Source: Basidiobolus meristosporus CBS 931.73 (taxonomy: Eukaryota > Fungi > Basidiobolomycota). Taken from it: a stretch of 51,336 nt of DNA. The position numbers were made by a program, and so were the translations under genes. The notes under the pieces are model-generated. The model did no database searches, was not told the DNA's origin, and saw nothing but the letters and a program-made list of their open reading frames with translations. The DNA lies in the NCBI GenBank assembly GCA_002104905.1, contig MCFE01000631.1:1-51336 (forward strand). The letters run 5' to 3'. Positions 11,524 to 24,306 of the stretch are shown piece by piece. Each line of letters starts with the position of its first letter. The first letter of the stretch is position 1.

Positions 11524-12752
11524 ATTTTAGATCCGTGTGGGCCTAGACTTGATTTATCCACAGGATAGGATGAAGTATTTAATCACTTTTACTGAAGATT
11601 GTACAAAATACTTGTGGATATACATCATGAAAAGAAAAGGAGAAGCTCATTCCAAGTTCAGGCAGCTTAAAGTCTTGATGGAGAGAGAAACTGCTGAAAA
11701 AATCATGAAAATATGCTCCAACTATGAGGGAGATTTCACCTCAAAACATTTCATCTACTTCAGTAAAATTTATGGAATAACTAAAGATGCTACTGTGCCA
11801 TACTCCCCACAGCAAAATGGATAGCAGAATATGCACACAGATTAAAAATTGATATGGCAAGATCTATGATGCGTTGAAACACTTATGAGTTCATCAAATT
11901 ATTAATACATTATGAACTAGCACTTTGTTAGTGACGCATCTCAGAATAGTAACTTGGAAATTAGTTTGTAAGATATTTGCCAAGTATTAGGAATTAATGA
12001 AGTTCAAAGTTTTAGGAGAATCTGAAACTTGTTCAAATGAGCTGAGAATTGGCACATATATTGCTGAGACCTCCCTGATAATGAGCAAATAGTCACATAT
12101 ATGTAGTCTGGTAATTAGTGTAAATACTGTGTTACAACTCCATAAATCAACAAGTGAACAATATGTATATTATCCAACTCTCCATATTGCTTCCAAGATA
12201 TCTCTCTAGTATTTCAACTGGTTATGAGCCCCAAACTTGCTATATCTTGGGTGTCTACTTTGCTTTAATGCTATGTCTTTGGTCTATAGAAAAATTGCCT
12301 TGTCTACCTGAAGTTACAAGAGACAGAAACGTACTGCTGTTGGAAAGCGCTGCTAAGTAGGATATATTGCTATGAATAGAGAGGCATTTTCCTTTCAAGA
12401 AGACACTGCAAAGAAAAGAGGTTACAATCTAAGGAGTTCATGTCCATGGATTTCAAATTATCAAATGTTGCAACATATGAAGATTTGGGAAAACACATAA
12501 TTTCAGCTAAAAGTCCAGATTAATAAGGAGCATACTACAGGGAATATGTATTAGTGCTATGAATCTAATTTTCATCACATAAAGGAGCTATGTTGAGGAT
12601 TTGGATATACCTGGGTGTGGATCAGACTATTTCAGTATTTCAAGTACCTGCGTTTGTGCAGTGCATGTACATTAGTCTGTAATCACTTGAACCAAAAATT
12701 ATGTGCCTGCACTCTGGAGCCTCCTGCCACCCTAGTTTGGAGCCGGATATGA

Positions 12753-12860
12753 AGACAGATATATGGATTAGCTTGACTGTATCCTGAGGATCAGAATGAT
12801 ATATAATGCCAATATATAGTGCTAAAGAATGGTGATCTCACACTTGCCAACTTTGGAGTG
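12753..12860 (+). pseudogene. Decayed protein kinase fragment (subdomains VIa-VII)
   Basis: One frame reads RQIYGLA*LYPEDQNDI*CQYIVLKNGDLTLANFGV, matching Q...GL.YLH...HRDIK..NILL...G.LKLADFG. GCC-AAC for GCC-GAC fits CpG decay. The same frame later gives CIWFLYIL..IYEIL*G...LPY (~13050-13120), weakly subdomain IX-like. Confidence 0.55.
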
Positions 12861-13594
12861 GTATGCAGGATATAATAGTGGTTATATTTCTAGCACCAAT
12901 GATCCTAAGACTTTGTGAGACATTTATTAGACAAGCTATATGTCTAAATTAAGTATCAGAAACAGTGGGAGAAGATATATCTATAAATATCTGAACATGG
13001 AATTTGTACCTCCATCAAGAAAAGTGCTACTGGAGATCCTGACAAAAGTATATGCATATGGTTTCTATATATACTATGGAGAATATATGAAATACTATGA
13101 GGAATGTGCTAGTTGCCCTATACCAGTACATATATTACTGGGCATTTAGTGATTACAAATTCTTTTTTTTAGCATGAATCAGATGTTAATCTGGCAACAA
13201 TAGTTAGATCAATTTATTTGCAGCTCCCGGTTACAGGCCACACCTCAATAGTAATATCTGCTACCAAGATACTGAGAGAAAAGGCCTTTTCTAGGAAGCT
13301 TGTTTGATCAAATTTGATCAAGCCTACAAAAAGTGAAGTCAGATCTGAGTGGATGACCAACTTGGATGAAACATCTTAGAATAGAAGTGCTCTGCATACA
13401 TGAGGTTCCTGAGCACTCTTGGGGGATCTCAAAAGCTGTGGATATGTCACCTGCATGATCCAGATCTAGATCAAAATGGAAAACCCAACAACAAGCATCT
13501 TCAAGAGCAGATATGGAATAAAAACCTACTGCCAATAAGTTGTCAGTTTCTAAATGGAGTTAGATGATAACTAAGCTAGATTTGGACTATCTAG

Positions 13595-16500
13595 TGTTAT
13601 GATCTGCCACTTAAATGCTTAAGTTAGATCAGCTTTTAGTGAAATCAATTAATTATATGCTTAGGTTATCAGTATATCAGTATTATCTATCATATCAGTA
13701 ACATTAGTCAGCAAATGAATCAGCAGATCCTTATCAGACAGAAATAGATATATTAAGTAGGATCTTATTGGGTGATGATGATGCAATCAAATGAGTCATC
13801 AGCCACAACCTATATTAGGAAATACTACTAGTCAGCAATTGATCTGGCAAAATATATATAAGGAGCTGCTGGAACCTCAATAAAAATCAGTTCAAGTTTT
13901 AGTGAATACAATACTAGCTAAACTCCCTATTCCTCTACAACTCTTATACCAAGACTTGTAACATTGGTAGCAGCAATACCCAGAAACCTCCCTCCTGAAG
14001 AAAGAAGAAACCACCCTCAAGATGTTGGACAATCAAGAATGGAAGAATGCCATGCAGCAAATCCTGGCCCAACAGCAACAGTTACTCCAAATCCTCAGCC
14101 AACAGCAACAAGGAATGACTACCATGGCTCAGAGCCAGCAAAGCCCTGTCAAGAGCAACTTTAGTGTGAACATCCACTGGTACCATGGTAGAGTCAATGA
14201 AAACCAGGGAACTTGGCTCTTTCAGATTGAAGAAGCTTTTAAAGCTAAAGGAATTGCTCCAGAAAGCAAGTTGCATTATGCAGCTTCTTACCTGGCAGAT
14301 GCAGCCTTACAGTGGTACCACAACAAGGTCAGGTCAGCCACTATGATGGGATGCTCTACAATCTCTACCTGGGATGAGTTTTTGTTGGAAATTCCGGATG
14401 CTTTTGAACCTCCACACCGGCAGACACTACTAAGAAGGAAGTTAAAGACACTCAGACAGAAAGGAATGGTTCAAGAATACATCTATGAGTACAGATGTCT
14501 ACTTGGACAAATTGAAAGAATGGACCCCCTGGATCAAGTTGAATACTATATTGATGGGTTGAAAGAAAAAACTTGCAAGGAAGTGAATTATCAAAGACCT
14601 CAGACTATTGAAGAAGTCATCAAGATTGCCATTGACTATGACTCAGCTATGTTTGGAGTTGGGAAGCCTACAGTGACTAATCAGAAAGGTTACTATCATT
14701 ATGAAAGAAGACAATCAGAAGCAGTACCAATGGAAATAGATGCTATGCAGAAGAACCCCACCTCAGATGAATGCAGGAAAAAAGGACTTTGTTTCAATTG
14801 CCACCAGCAAGGATACATCTCAAAGTACTGCCCCCAGAGTAGAAATGGACACCAACCAACAAGAACCTTCAACCATATTGAGTCCCATGAACACAGTAAT
14901 GTGGAGGATGAGCTTCAAGAACACTTAGAACTCACCTTCCATACAACAGAAGAGTACTTGTCCCAAATGACCTCAAACTCAGGGAAGTTATTGTACTTAA
15001 ATGGAGTAATCAATGAAGTACCTGCCAAGATCATGATTGACTCAGGAGCATTGCATGAGTACATTTCACAGCAATTTGCCTTGAAAGCTGGAATCAACTT
15101 GGAACCTACCAAATCAACTTCAGTCTCCACAGCTGATGGGAACTCTCACAAAAGCAACCGTATTACCCAGCCAGTAAGAATGAAGATCAATGACTATGAA
15201 GAAGACCTACAGGTTTATATATTTGGGAACTGCAAGTTTGACCTTGTACTTGGAAAAACCTGGCTATTTTGTCATAATCCATCAATCAACTGGAGAACTC
15301 ATGCTACTCAGATCCAAAAGGACAACAAGACCTATGTGCTATTACCTGCCAGGCTTGATTTCAACTTGGTCAATTCCAGTGTGTGTGAGACAAGTGAACT
15401 TAGCAAGACCCAGTTCTGAAGAGCACTTAGAAAAGGTACTCAGATGTTCCTCATGGCGGTATTACAGGAGGATTCTGCTGCCCCAGCACCCCAGCAGGTC
15501 CAGACTCTCTTGAAGAAATATTCAGACGTGTTTCCAGATGAGCTTGTAAGCTTACCACCAGTCAGAGACGTGGATCATGCCATTGACACAGGAGATAGCC
15601 CTCCAGTAAGCAAGACACCTTACCAAATGAGTCCATTGGAATTGAAGGAAATGAAGAGGCAAATTGATCAGCTATGGGAGCAAGGATACATCAGGCCCAG
15701 CAAGTCACCCTGGGGAGCACTAGTGCTTTTTGTGAAAAAGAAGGATGGAACACTTAGGATGTGCATTGACTACAGAGCCCTGAACTCAGTTACCATCAAG
15801 AAGTACCCCATACCTTGGATTGATGAGCTTTTGGACCAACTTAATGGAGCCACCATTTTCAGCAAGAGTGACATCATGTCAGGATACAACCAGATTAGGG
15901 TGAAACCAGAAGATATCCCTAAGTCAGCATTCAGGACCAGATATGGACATTACAAGTACTTATTCATGAGTTTTGGCCTCACTAATGCCCCTGCAACATT
16001 CATGATGGTGATGCAGACTGTCTTTCAGGAGTACTTAGACAAGCTTGTGATAATCTACCTGGATGACATATTGATTTACAGCAAGACAGAAGAGGATCAC
16101 ATGGTGCACATTGAAAAGGTCTTGAAGAAACTAAGAGAGAACAAGCTTTATGGCAAGCTAGCCAAGTGTGAATTCTTCAAGGAACACGTTGAATACCTGA
16201 AACACATAGTGACTAGCACAGGAGTGACTTTAGACTCTAAGAAGGTTGAAGTTATCAAGAATTTGAAGCAGCACCATAGCATATCAGAACTCAGATCATT
16301 CCTTGGAATGGCATCCTATTATTGGAGATTTGTCAAGTCCTTTGCAAGCATTTCAGCCCCTTTAACTGATATCCTCAAGAAAGACAACACCTACAAGTGG
16401 GATATAGCCTGTGAGACTGCATTTCAGATGCTCAAGAATGAACTTGCTAAGCTGCCAAGCTTAAGAATACCTGACTTCAGAAAAAAGTTTACCCTGTGCA

Positions 16501-18526
16501 CAGATGCTTCAGATTATGCAATTGGTGGAGTACTAAGCCAAGAACACAAAGGAAAGGACTACTCAGTTGCCTTTGAGTCCAAGAAACTGAACTCAGCAGA
16601 GCAAAACTATCCTGTGCATGAGAAGGAGATGCCTGCTATAATACACTGCCTGAAGACATGGAGATGCTATATTGAAGGAGTCAAATGCACTGTAAAGACT
16701 GATCATGCCTCACTGAAGTATATATTTACTCAGAATGTTCTAACAAGAAGAATGACAAGATGGAGCAAATACATTCAGCAATTTGACTTGGAGATTGTCT
16801 ACTGCCCTGGGAAAAACAACATGGTTGCTGATGGCTTATCAAGACTAGAACAAGTGGCACAACTCAAATTGGTGCATGAATCAGATTGGCCTAGCTGATT
16901 ACCACAATACTTGGAGGACCAAGCCATTCCTAATGAGGTGGATAAAGATATCACAAAGATAATCTGTGATGAAGCCAGCAAATTTGTAGTACAGGATGAA
17001 ACACTCTACCAAATTGTTGGTGGAAGCCCTATTGCCTATTGCCCTTATGTTTCTTGCTTGGATTTAATACATAAGCTACACAATGGATATGGACATCTTG
17101 GAATTGAAGGAACCTATAGTCTTGTGAAAGCCAGAGCATGGTGGCCCAGAATGAAACAAGACATTGAGAAGCTAGTGAAAACATGCCCAAATTGCCAAAT
17201 CAACCAAAGCCAATCACAGAGAATTGCCAAACTCTTTCCCTTGGAGCCTGTAAGACCATTTGAAAGATATGGAATTGACTATAGTAGAAGACTGCCAACT
17301 ATCAGGAAATGTAACCATTGGATCCTAGTGGCAATTGACCATGCCACTAAATGGCCAGTTGCTAAAGCTGTACCAATAGCCAGTGAACATAAAGTTACAA
17401 GTTTCATTTACCATGAGATCCTGATGAAGTTTGGATGCCCTGAGGATATCTTATCTGATAGAGGAGCAAACTTTATGGCAAAGACATTAGAGGCTTACCT
17501 GCAAATGCAGCAGATTAAACACTTGAAAACCTTGGCATATCACCCCAGAACTAATGGAGTCACTGAATGCTTTAATGGATTATTTGGAAAAATGCTGACC
17601 AAGTATGCAAATGGAGCTGTCAGTAGATGGGATGAGTATATAGACCAAGCACTCTTTGCATGCAGAGTCAGAGTACACAACACCACCCAGCAATCACCAT
17701 TTTACTTAGTGTATGGATGTGAACCAAGGATTCCAGGAGATCTCACACAACCAAAGCTTACAGATGCCTTAGAAGATGAACTTAGTCAGCCCAGTAGACA
17801 CCAGCAATTGGAATAAAGACAACAAGAGGCACAGGCCAAAGTATCTCAAAGTGCAGAAAGGATGAAGCAGAGATTTGATAAGACTATAGCACCAGAAGCA
17901 TTGACAGTTGGGAAGTTTGTATTGCTAAGAAACAACACTTGGGAGAAGTTTAAGCCACATTGGACAGGACCATTCAAGATCATCAGAGAATGTCTATTTG
18001 CAACTTACCAGCTAGTGGATAAATAAGGGAATATATGGGAAGATTTAGTTCATAGAGACAGACTCAAGCTTGCAAGACTTGCTGACAATACTGAACCATC
18101 AAGATATTGGTATCACAAGAAAAGAGATTCAGGAGAACCCTCTGAACTTTAGTGGGGGGAATGTTATGATCTGCCGCTTCAATGTTTAAGTTAGATCAGT
18201 TTTTAGTCAAATCAATTAGTTATATGCTTAGGTTATCAGTATATCAGTATTATCTATCATATCAGTGACATTAATCAGCAAATGAATTAGCAGATCCTTA
18301 TCAGACAGAAATAGATATATTAAGTAGGATCTTATTGGGTGATGATGCAATCAAATGAGTCATCAGCCACAACCTATATTAGGAAATACTACTAGTCAGC
18401 GATTGATCTGGCAAAATGTATAAAGGAGCTGCTGGAACCTCAATAATGATCAGTTCAAGTTTTAGTAAATACCATACTAGCTATAGTCCCTATTCCTCTA
18501 CTACTCTTATACCAAGACTTGTAACA
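13595..18526 (+). mobile_element. Full-length Ty3/gypsy LTR retrotransposon (family A, copy A1)
   Basis: LTRs 13595-13963 and 18162-18526 (~18 substitutions plus 2 indels by eye), 4-bp TSD CTAG, PBS TGGTAGCAGC at 13965, PPT AGTGGGGGGAA at 18151-18161. Confidence 0.96.
14022..18152 (+). pseudogene. Gypsy A1 gag-pol in a single frame with four nonsense codons
   Basis: Retrotransposon gag, CCHC (CFNCHQQGYISKYC), PR (MIDSGA), RT (IIYLDDILIYS), RH (CTDASDYAIGGVL), IN (HNGYGHLG...CPNCQ; DRGANF; GVTECFN) and WTGPF module. Stops at 15417, 16896, 17814 and ~18024. No chromodomain seen. Confidence 0.92.
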
Positions 18527-18783
18527 CTAGCACACTAGATATGATCAGGTAATTGTATCACATAAGGGTAATGGAGTATTGATGAGTGGGAAAGCAGCAG
18601 AAAAGTCCATGAGAAATTGCACACTCAGAGGCATCATTTATATTATGGTGAACAAGGAAGTCAACTTCCTTGCAGTTAGAGATAGAGAAGTGGTACAAAG
18701 GGCTAACCTATAGGTTATAATGGGTGCAAATGATCATGGGCTGGTTCATTTGCATTGTCAATCACGCTCTATGCTGGAATGTT

Positions 18784-18994
18784 AGACTTGTTCCATCATT
18801 CCAGCTGATCATAGTGCCCAATAGTGCCATAGCATGCCATATGGTGCCTGATCATGCCACAGAGTGCCAGATGGTGCCATACAGTGCCAATTTGGGATCA
18901 AAATTGACATGCATATGACCTTAAAATATCAAATTACTAACAAAACATACAGCACTCTCTTGCACTATGATCAATGGCATAATGGAACAAGTCT
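18784..18994. mobile_element. 211-bp MITE, copy 2 (opposite orientation to copy 1)
   Basis: Same TIRs, flanks GTT/ATT. Confidence 0.93.
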
Positions 18995-20813
18995 ATTCTA
19001 TTAAAAGTAACAGTGGCATATCAGAGCCATTATGGTGGATTTACTCAATTGGAAAGAGCCAGTTCCAATTGTACAGATTAAGTGCTATAGTAAATATGAG
19101 AACATATCTATCCTGTTTAGGAAAAAGCCTCTATGAGTAGCTACTAATCAGGCTGTGATATTTTGAGATATCAAATCAAGCCTATCAAGATGCAAACTGA
19201 AGATCTGAATATGCAACAGAGATATCAGTCTAAGAAAATTATGTCTAGATCAGAAAGATATATAAGATATATCTGGTTCAATTTTAGATGACATTAAGCA
19301 CCAAAGGATGTAGCTTCAGTAGGAGTTTAATGTCCCAGATCATGAATGAGGAAAACCCAGTCTAAAAACCATTGAAAGCACTTGTCTGGAAATGGAAACA
19401 TGAGATCAACTGGTGACAATCACAACACCATAATGTGATAGTTATTGGCTCTAGCAGAAAATATATAAGTTATACAACAAAAGCTATTATCCAGATCCAG
19501 TTATGGATATATAGAAAACAGACTAAGTTAATTGTACCATATAATGGAACTGTGGATGATCCAGATCTATTGGAAAGAAACTCCATCATAGCTTTGCCAG
19601 CTATCAACCAATTACACCCAAATAAAAAGCAGCAGAAAGACTCAAAGCTCAGCTACGTAACGGTACAAAGAATGACAGGGTATTATCAGTATCTCAAAGG
19701 TTTTATTCAATCAAGTGGAGATACTCATCAGAGACATTTTGTGATTAGATCAGAATGCAGACTCAAAGTAATATGGTATGAAGTATGTAAATAATAGTAT
19801 AGGCTTATACATAGTTATTACAGATAATACACAACATCTAACATAAGTTGGAGAATGTGTTGGTTTAATTGGCTAGGTGGTTATTTGCAGGTTTAATTCC
19901 AACCAGAAAATACCCTTCAGCACAGCAGGTTCATAGGTATATGAATATATTATGTGGGTTGGAGTGTTGAAGTAGTTAGGAGTTCACCAGATTATTAATA
20001 TATTTCAACTAGCACTTTGCTCAATAATGCATTTCAGAATATTAGCATAGAAATTAGTTTTTAAGATATTTGCTAATTATTAGCAATTAGTGAGGTACAG
20101 AATTTTGCAAAAATCTGAAACTCCTTCAAATGAGCTGAGACTTTGCACAGATACTGCTGAGACTCCCCTATTAGCAATCAAGTTCTTATCCTTATGTAGT
20201 TCTGCAATAAGTATGAGAATTGTATTGCAACTCAATAAATCTATCAGTGATATCATATAAATCCTCTAATTCTCCATTTCACTTCCAATATATCACTCTA
20301 ATGATTCAGCATGATCCACAATCAAAAGTTTTCCTATGATCTTTTGGAAGACTCATTAGCTACATACTGGAGTTATGAAAGTAAACAATAGTCCCAAACA
20401 TTGTACCCATGTACTTGGGACCTTCCTAAACCTATATATTGGGTTTGTTATGCCAAGGCCATGTAAAAGTATAAATACAACCTTTACATTGAGTAAATAT
20501 TAGACTTGCTCTGTGGGATAGTGCCACATAGTGCCAGCCTGATCATAGTGTTGGATCAATCCAGCACCCCACAGCACTAACTGGTGCTGTAGTTTCTACC
20601 ATCATGCCAGTTATAGGATATGGTTACCGGTAATTTTACTCAGTCTTACTCATGTTACTCAGAATAGTGCTTTTCTTACTTTATTTACTCTTGATCATGC
20701 TCCAGATATATTCCTCTCAGCAGATGTATTCTTGTTTGAATATACTGGGCACTTATAAGTATGTATACTATTTAATCTACTCTGCCATTTTATCCTAAAT
20801 GACTCTACCCAGT

Positions 20814-22255
20814 AGACTTGTTCTGTTGGATAGTGCCACATTGGGCCATGAATGTCAAATGATGCCATAGTGTGCTAGGGAGGTCAAGTGAGCCTATACT
20901 TGGCCACAGAGTGTGAAACATAGCTCTGCATCTTCATGCAAAGCAGCCCCTGTGTTTCACCCATTGTGCTGGAGAAAATTCACTTTTTGACCATTTTTTT
21001 GGGATCAATGTTGAGTAGGATATGTAATAGCACAAAAGAAATGCAGACATGCATCTGGTACTTGTTGTATCCAAGAGAAAAGTGTAATAAAACTCTTGAA
21101 TGAGTTAACTGAACGTAACTTATAATTAAGCACAGAATCTTAGAATTGTCAAGAGTGACAGAAATATCAGCAGAGAAGTTCTGGTCTAATATTGGTTTTG
21201 TATATAGTTGAGTTGGGCTATAAAGGCAACAGAGTTGGTTTGCTATATAGGCTAGGCTTGGTGTTCTTGGGAATGCTAGATAAGCTAGGCTTGGGTGGAA
21301 ATTAGAACGGAATTGCTGAATTCTTAATTTTGCTGAGGCACTGTCTTAACTTTGTGGATACACACACTAAACCAAAAGGTTCAGTGATCTTTATTTATAT
21401 TTTTCTGATCACTTTGAATAAGTAAGTGCCAAGACACTGGAATAATTGAAATCTGTTTCTGTTTGAGTGTTGATAGGTGCATAAGATAAATGAAAAATTG
21501 CATCATTAATCAGCTGATGTCTTGGCAACTACTAAGTTGTTAGATGGATCTTGGATGACTAATCCTTTGTAAGGATTAGCATATCAGTTTAGGACATATT
21601 GACCACTTGAAAGTTAATCATGTGTGAAAGCTAAAAATAGATTCTGAGAAGTGATAAAATAAACTGTAACAGGGATTAGTTATGTTTGGGTTGAGGAAAA
21701 TCAGTGAGGGTACTAGATTTTCTGACAGAGTGAAATTGGATAAGTTTTAAATGTTGATGTACAACCTTACTCAATACCCATGGCACCCTGAGTCTTGCTC
21801 CTGTGGCTTGTATTGTGTCAGAAAAATGCATGGCACTATCTTGGTCCACTGGTACTATCTGGCACTATGAGTGCATTTTGTAGGATTTACTTTAGAGCTA
21901 ATATTTAAACATTATGCTAGATAGTACCCATGGACAAAGATAGTGCCATGCATTTTTCTGACATGATACAAACCACAGGAGTTAGATCCAGAGTGCCATG
22001 AGTATTGAGTACCAGATGCATGTCCTCAGCCCTTCTGTGCTCTTACACATCCTGTACAACATGGATCCAAAAAAATGTTTAAAAAATGGATTTTCTCCAG
22101 CACAATGGGTGTAACACCATGGCTGCTTTGCATGAAGATGAAGAGCTATGTTTCACACTCTGTGGCCAAGTTTAGGTCTACTATGCTTCTCCAACACTTA
22201 ATGGCACTATTTGGCACTCATGGCTCAATGTGGCATTATCCAATACAACAGGTAT
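20814..22255. mobile_element. Foldback PHIS element, copy 2, interrupted by a solo LTR
   Basis: AGT|AGACTTGTTC ... CAACAGGTAT|AGT. Homologous to 855-1556, with longer preserved arms. Confidence 0.88.
21063..21766. repeat. Probable solo LTR (family D), 704 bp
   Basis: Ends TGTTGTA...TACAACC, flanks GTACT/TTACT. The foldback sequence is restored on removal. No other copy in the window. Confidence 0.7.
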
Positions 22256-23236
22256 AGTACTAACATGCTAATATGCTGAGTACTTTATCTAAGCTTATGC
22301 TCTACTGTCACTCTGAAATGGTTAGATATCTCACTGTAGAGCTCCTGCTTCTGGCCAAGCATGCTATTACTGGCCTCCTACAAGCAGGAATACATCCTAG
22401 AAGGTCTGTTAATCCTGACAGGAAAGGTATCAAAATACTCCAAATGTGGATCCTGTTTCTGAGCACTGTGGGATATGGAGATCTATTGGAGGTTCCAAAC
22501 CTAGTATTCCAAGCTCATTCTTATTCATTCATACCCTCTGCAAAGTGGTACTTCATTTCTATCAGCTAGGTATGAAAACCTCTAAGACTGTTGTTACCAT
22601 GGATGGTGATATGGAAACTTGTAGGGTAATAGCTCTAGTAGTAGCATAGAAGCTTCACAAGGGACCTTAATATGTAAATTAGTGTAGATGGTTCAGAGTA
22701 CCTGGTATAGATCTCCCCTGATGAGTCAAATGGAAATCCAGCATTAGTGATAGGATTGATTAGCAAAAAATCACTCATATGAGTAAGTCATATTAGAATT
22801 GGTGGATATTGGACTGATGAGGTTTGAATTGACTTGGTGCAAGCAGCTTAATTAATCTAATTTTCCATGCATTACAATTGAATCTCCTTCTAGTGTCATC
22901 TATCCCATTGCTATGTCATAAAAATCATTCACAAATAATGACCTAATGTTTTTATTGATGATTTACTCACAAGACTATAATCAAATAGAAAATCTGCAAC
23001 TGGGGTGTTCTGATCTGTGTCAATACAATCCAAGATGCATCATGCATAATATATGGAAAATTCAACAACAGCATTAGTTTTTATAAATATATTACATATA
23101 AAACCAGGGTGATGGCAACATATTGCTGTATTAGTATCCAAATGCACAACTATGGTCCCTATACTAGGTCTCAACTTTCTTTGGTACAACCCAGACAAAA
23201 CCTATCCTCCAGCTCACAAGCATGGTCTGGACTGGA

Positions 23237-23460
23237 GAAGACAATGTTGGATCTACTCAAGCTCTTGCAAATTGACTTCAGTATGGCTCAAGTGTCTATG
23301 ATGAGCCATTATACAAATATTTGGGCCCTACTTACTAATCTAGCAGAACTGTATACCTCAGAGTGTTAACAAAGATGGAAGAACTTAAGTAGAAAGCTGT
23401 GACATGAGTTCTACATCAAGATGCCAGCAGATGTATGTAAAGCAATATTCAACAAGACAA
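23237..23460 (+). pseudogene. Possible Tc1/mariner DDE_3 transposase C-terminal remnant
   Basis: EDNVGSTQALAN*LQ (cf. QDNA..H......WL), then after a frameshift NIWALL...W..LS......MP..VCKAI (cf. PIENLW.LL...W..I...SMP.RC.AVI). Confidence 0.4.
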
Positions 23461-23480
23461 ATATTGATATTGTCAATGCA

Positions 23481-23560
23481 TCCTGGACCAACAGCAACAG
23501 TTAGCCTAGATCCTCAGCCTGCAGCAACAAGGAGTGACTGCCATTGCCCAGAACTAGCAG
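23481..23560 (+). repeat. Short fragment related to the start of gypsy A gag
   Basis: TCCTGGACCAACAGCAACAGTTAGCCTAGATCCTCAGCC...CAACAAGGAGTGACT aligns with 14061-14140. Confidence 0.65.
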
Positions 23561-24306
23561 AACAATGACCAATATTTGCATGCCATTGTTGCGGCCTTAA
23601 TGCACTCAACAACTATTCTAAATACATCTAACTGGCCAGGACATCCAATTGCCTTACATAGCAAAAACTTGACAGTATTTTGATGGCCTTACAGTGAGTC
23701 TCCAGTGGCATTATTACAGCAGTATGGCAGCCTACAGCTAGTTCTGTATAATGCTGCCTTACCAATTTACTAAATGGTATTTCCTTTTACCTGCTTGATT
23801 CTAGTCCCCATTATAGGTGCACTCTGGCTATTGTTTGTGTGAATTCCATATTGAATGCTGTAGGAGTTGGTTTGTGACCAAGAAAAATCCAGCACACCTT
23901 GGTAGAGTTTTGCTAATAAAAATTAGTTGCTTGTTGCACCCAACCCGACTCTGCAATACTTAACTGATTACGCATGCATTGGGGCTGCTTAGCTTCTTAA
24001 TGCCCTAGGCATAGGTATCTCCATATGCACATCTGTCCTCAGTATTTTCTGACTCTTCCTGGCTGTCCTCCATGTGCAAACTCATCAAATCCATGAAAAA
24101 CTTGAAGGTGATATTCTTGATGAGGCTGGGACACGGTAGTACCTGCAACTTGACTTGTCTTCCTATCCTCCCACACATCTGCTCCATAGGAAACTCCCAA
24201 AAGGTGAAGTAAGGTCCAACATTCTCCAAAAACCAAGCAAAATGGAGTAGGGAATGGATACAGTAGCAGCAGAGATCTATGTGCTCAGCTCTATGTTTGT
24301 AGTATA

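Larger units (their letters stand above)
11872..20311 (+). mobile_element. Old LTR element (family C) with copia-type ends and a non-gag-pol interior
   Basis: LTRs 11872-12219 and 19965-20311 (348/347 bp, ~70-75% identical by eye), PBS GGTTATGAGCCC at 12220, PPT-like GTGGGTTGGAG before 19965. TSD TGATG/TGATC, with the host B1 integrase continuing across the insertion. Confidence 0.8.
9691..20501 (+). mobile_element. Heavily decayed copia family B copy (B1), split by nested insertions and internal deletions
   Basis: LTR ~9691-10096 related to 49000-49348, PBS at 10097, gag start similar to 49380+, PR/IN fragments at 10730-11871. The IN sequence RSMI|HDQK resumes at 20312. A partial 3' LTR lies at ~20390-20501. 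Confidence 0.8.
20502..23080 (-). mobile_element. Second, truncated copy of the PHIS transposon with an internal deletion and nested insertions
   Basis: Starts ATT|AGACTTG. 20502-20810 matches 2328-2635, and 22260-23080 matches ~2640-2780 and ~2990-3670. The other TIR was not found. Confidence 0.85.

Noticed and set aside
13964-14164. Upstream overlapping ORF conserved in A1 and A2
   Set aside because: It starts at a TTG within the PBS, and its identity between copies just reflects nucleotide identity of the gag start.
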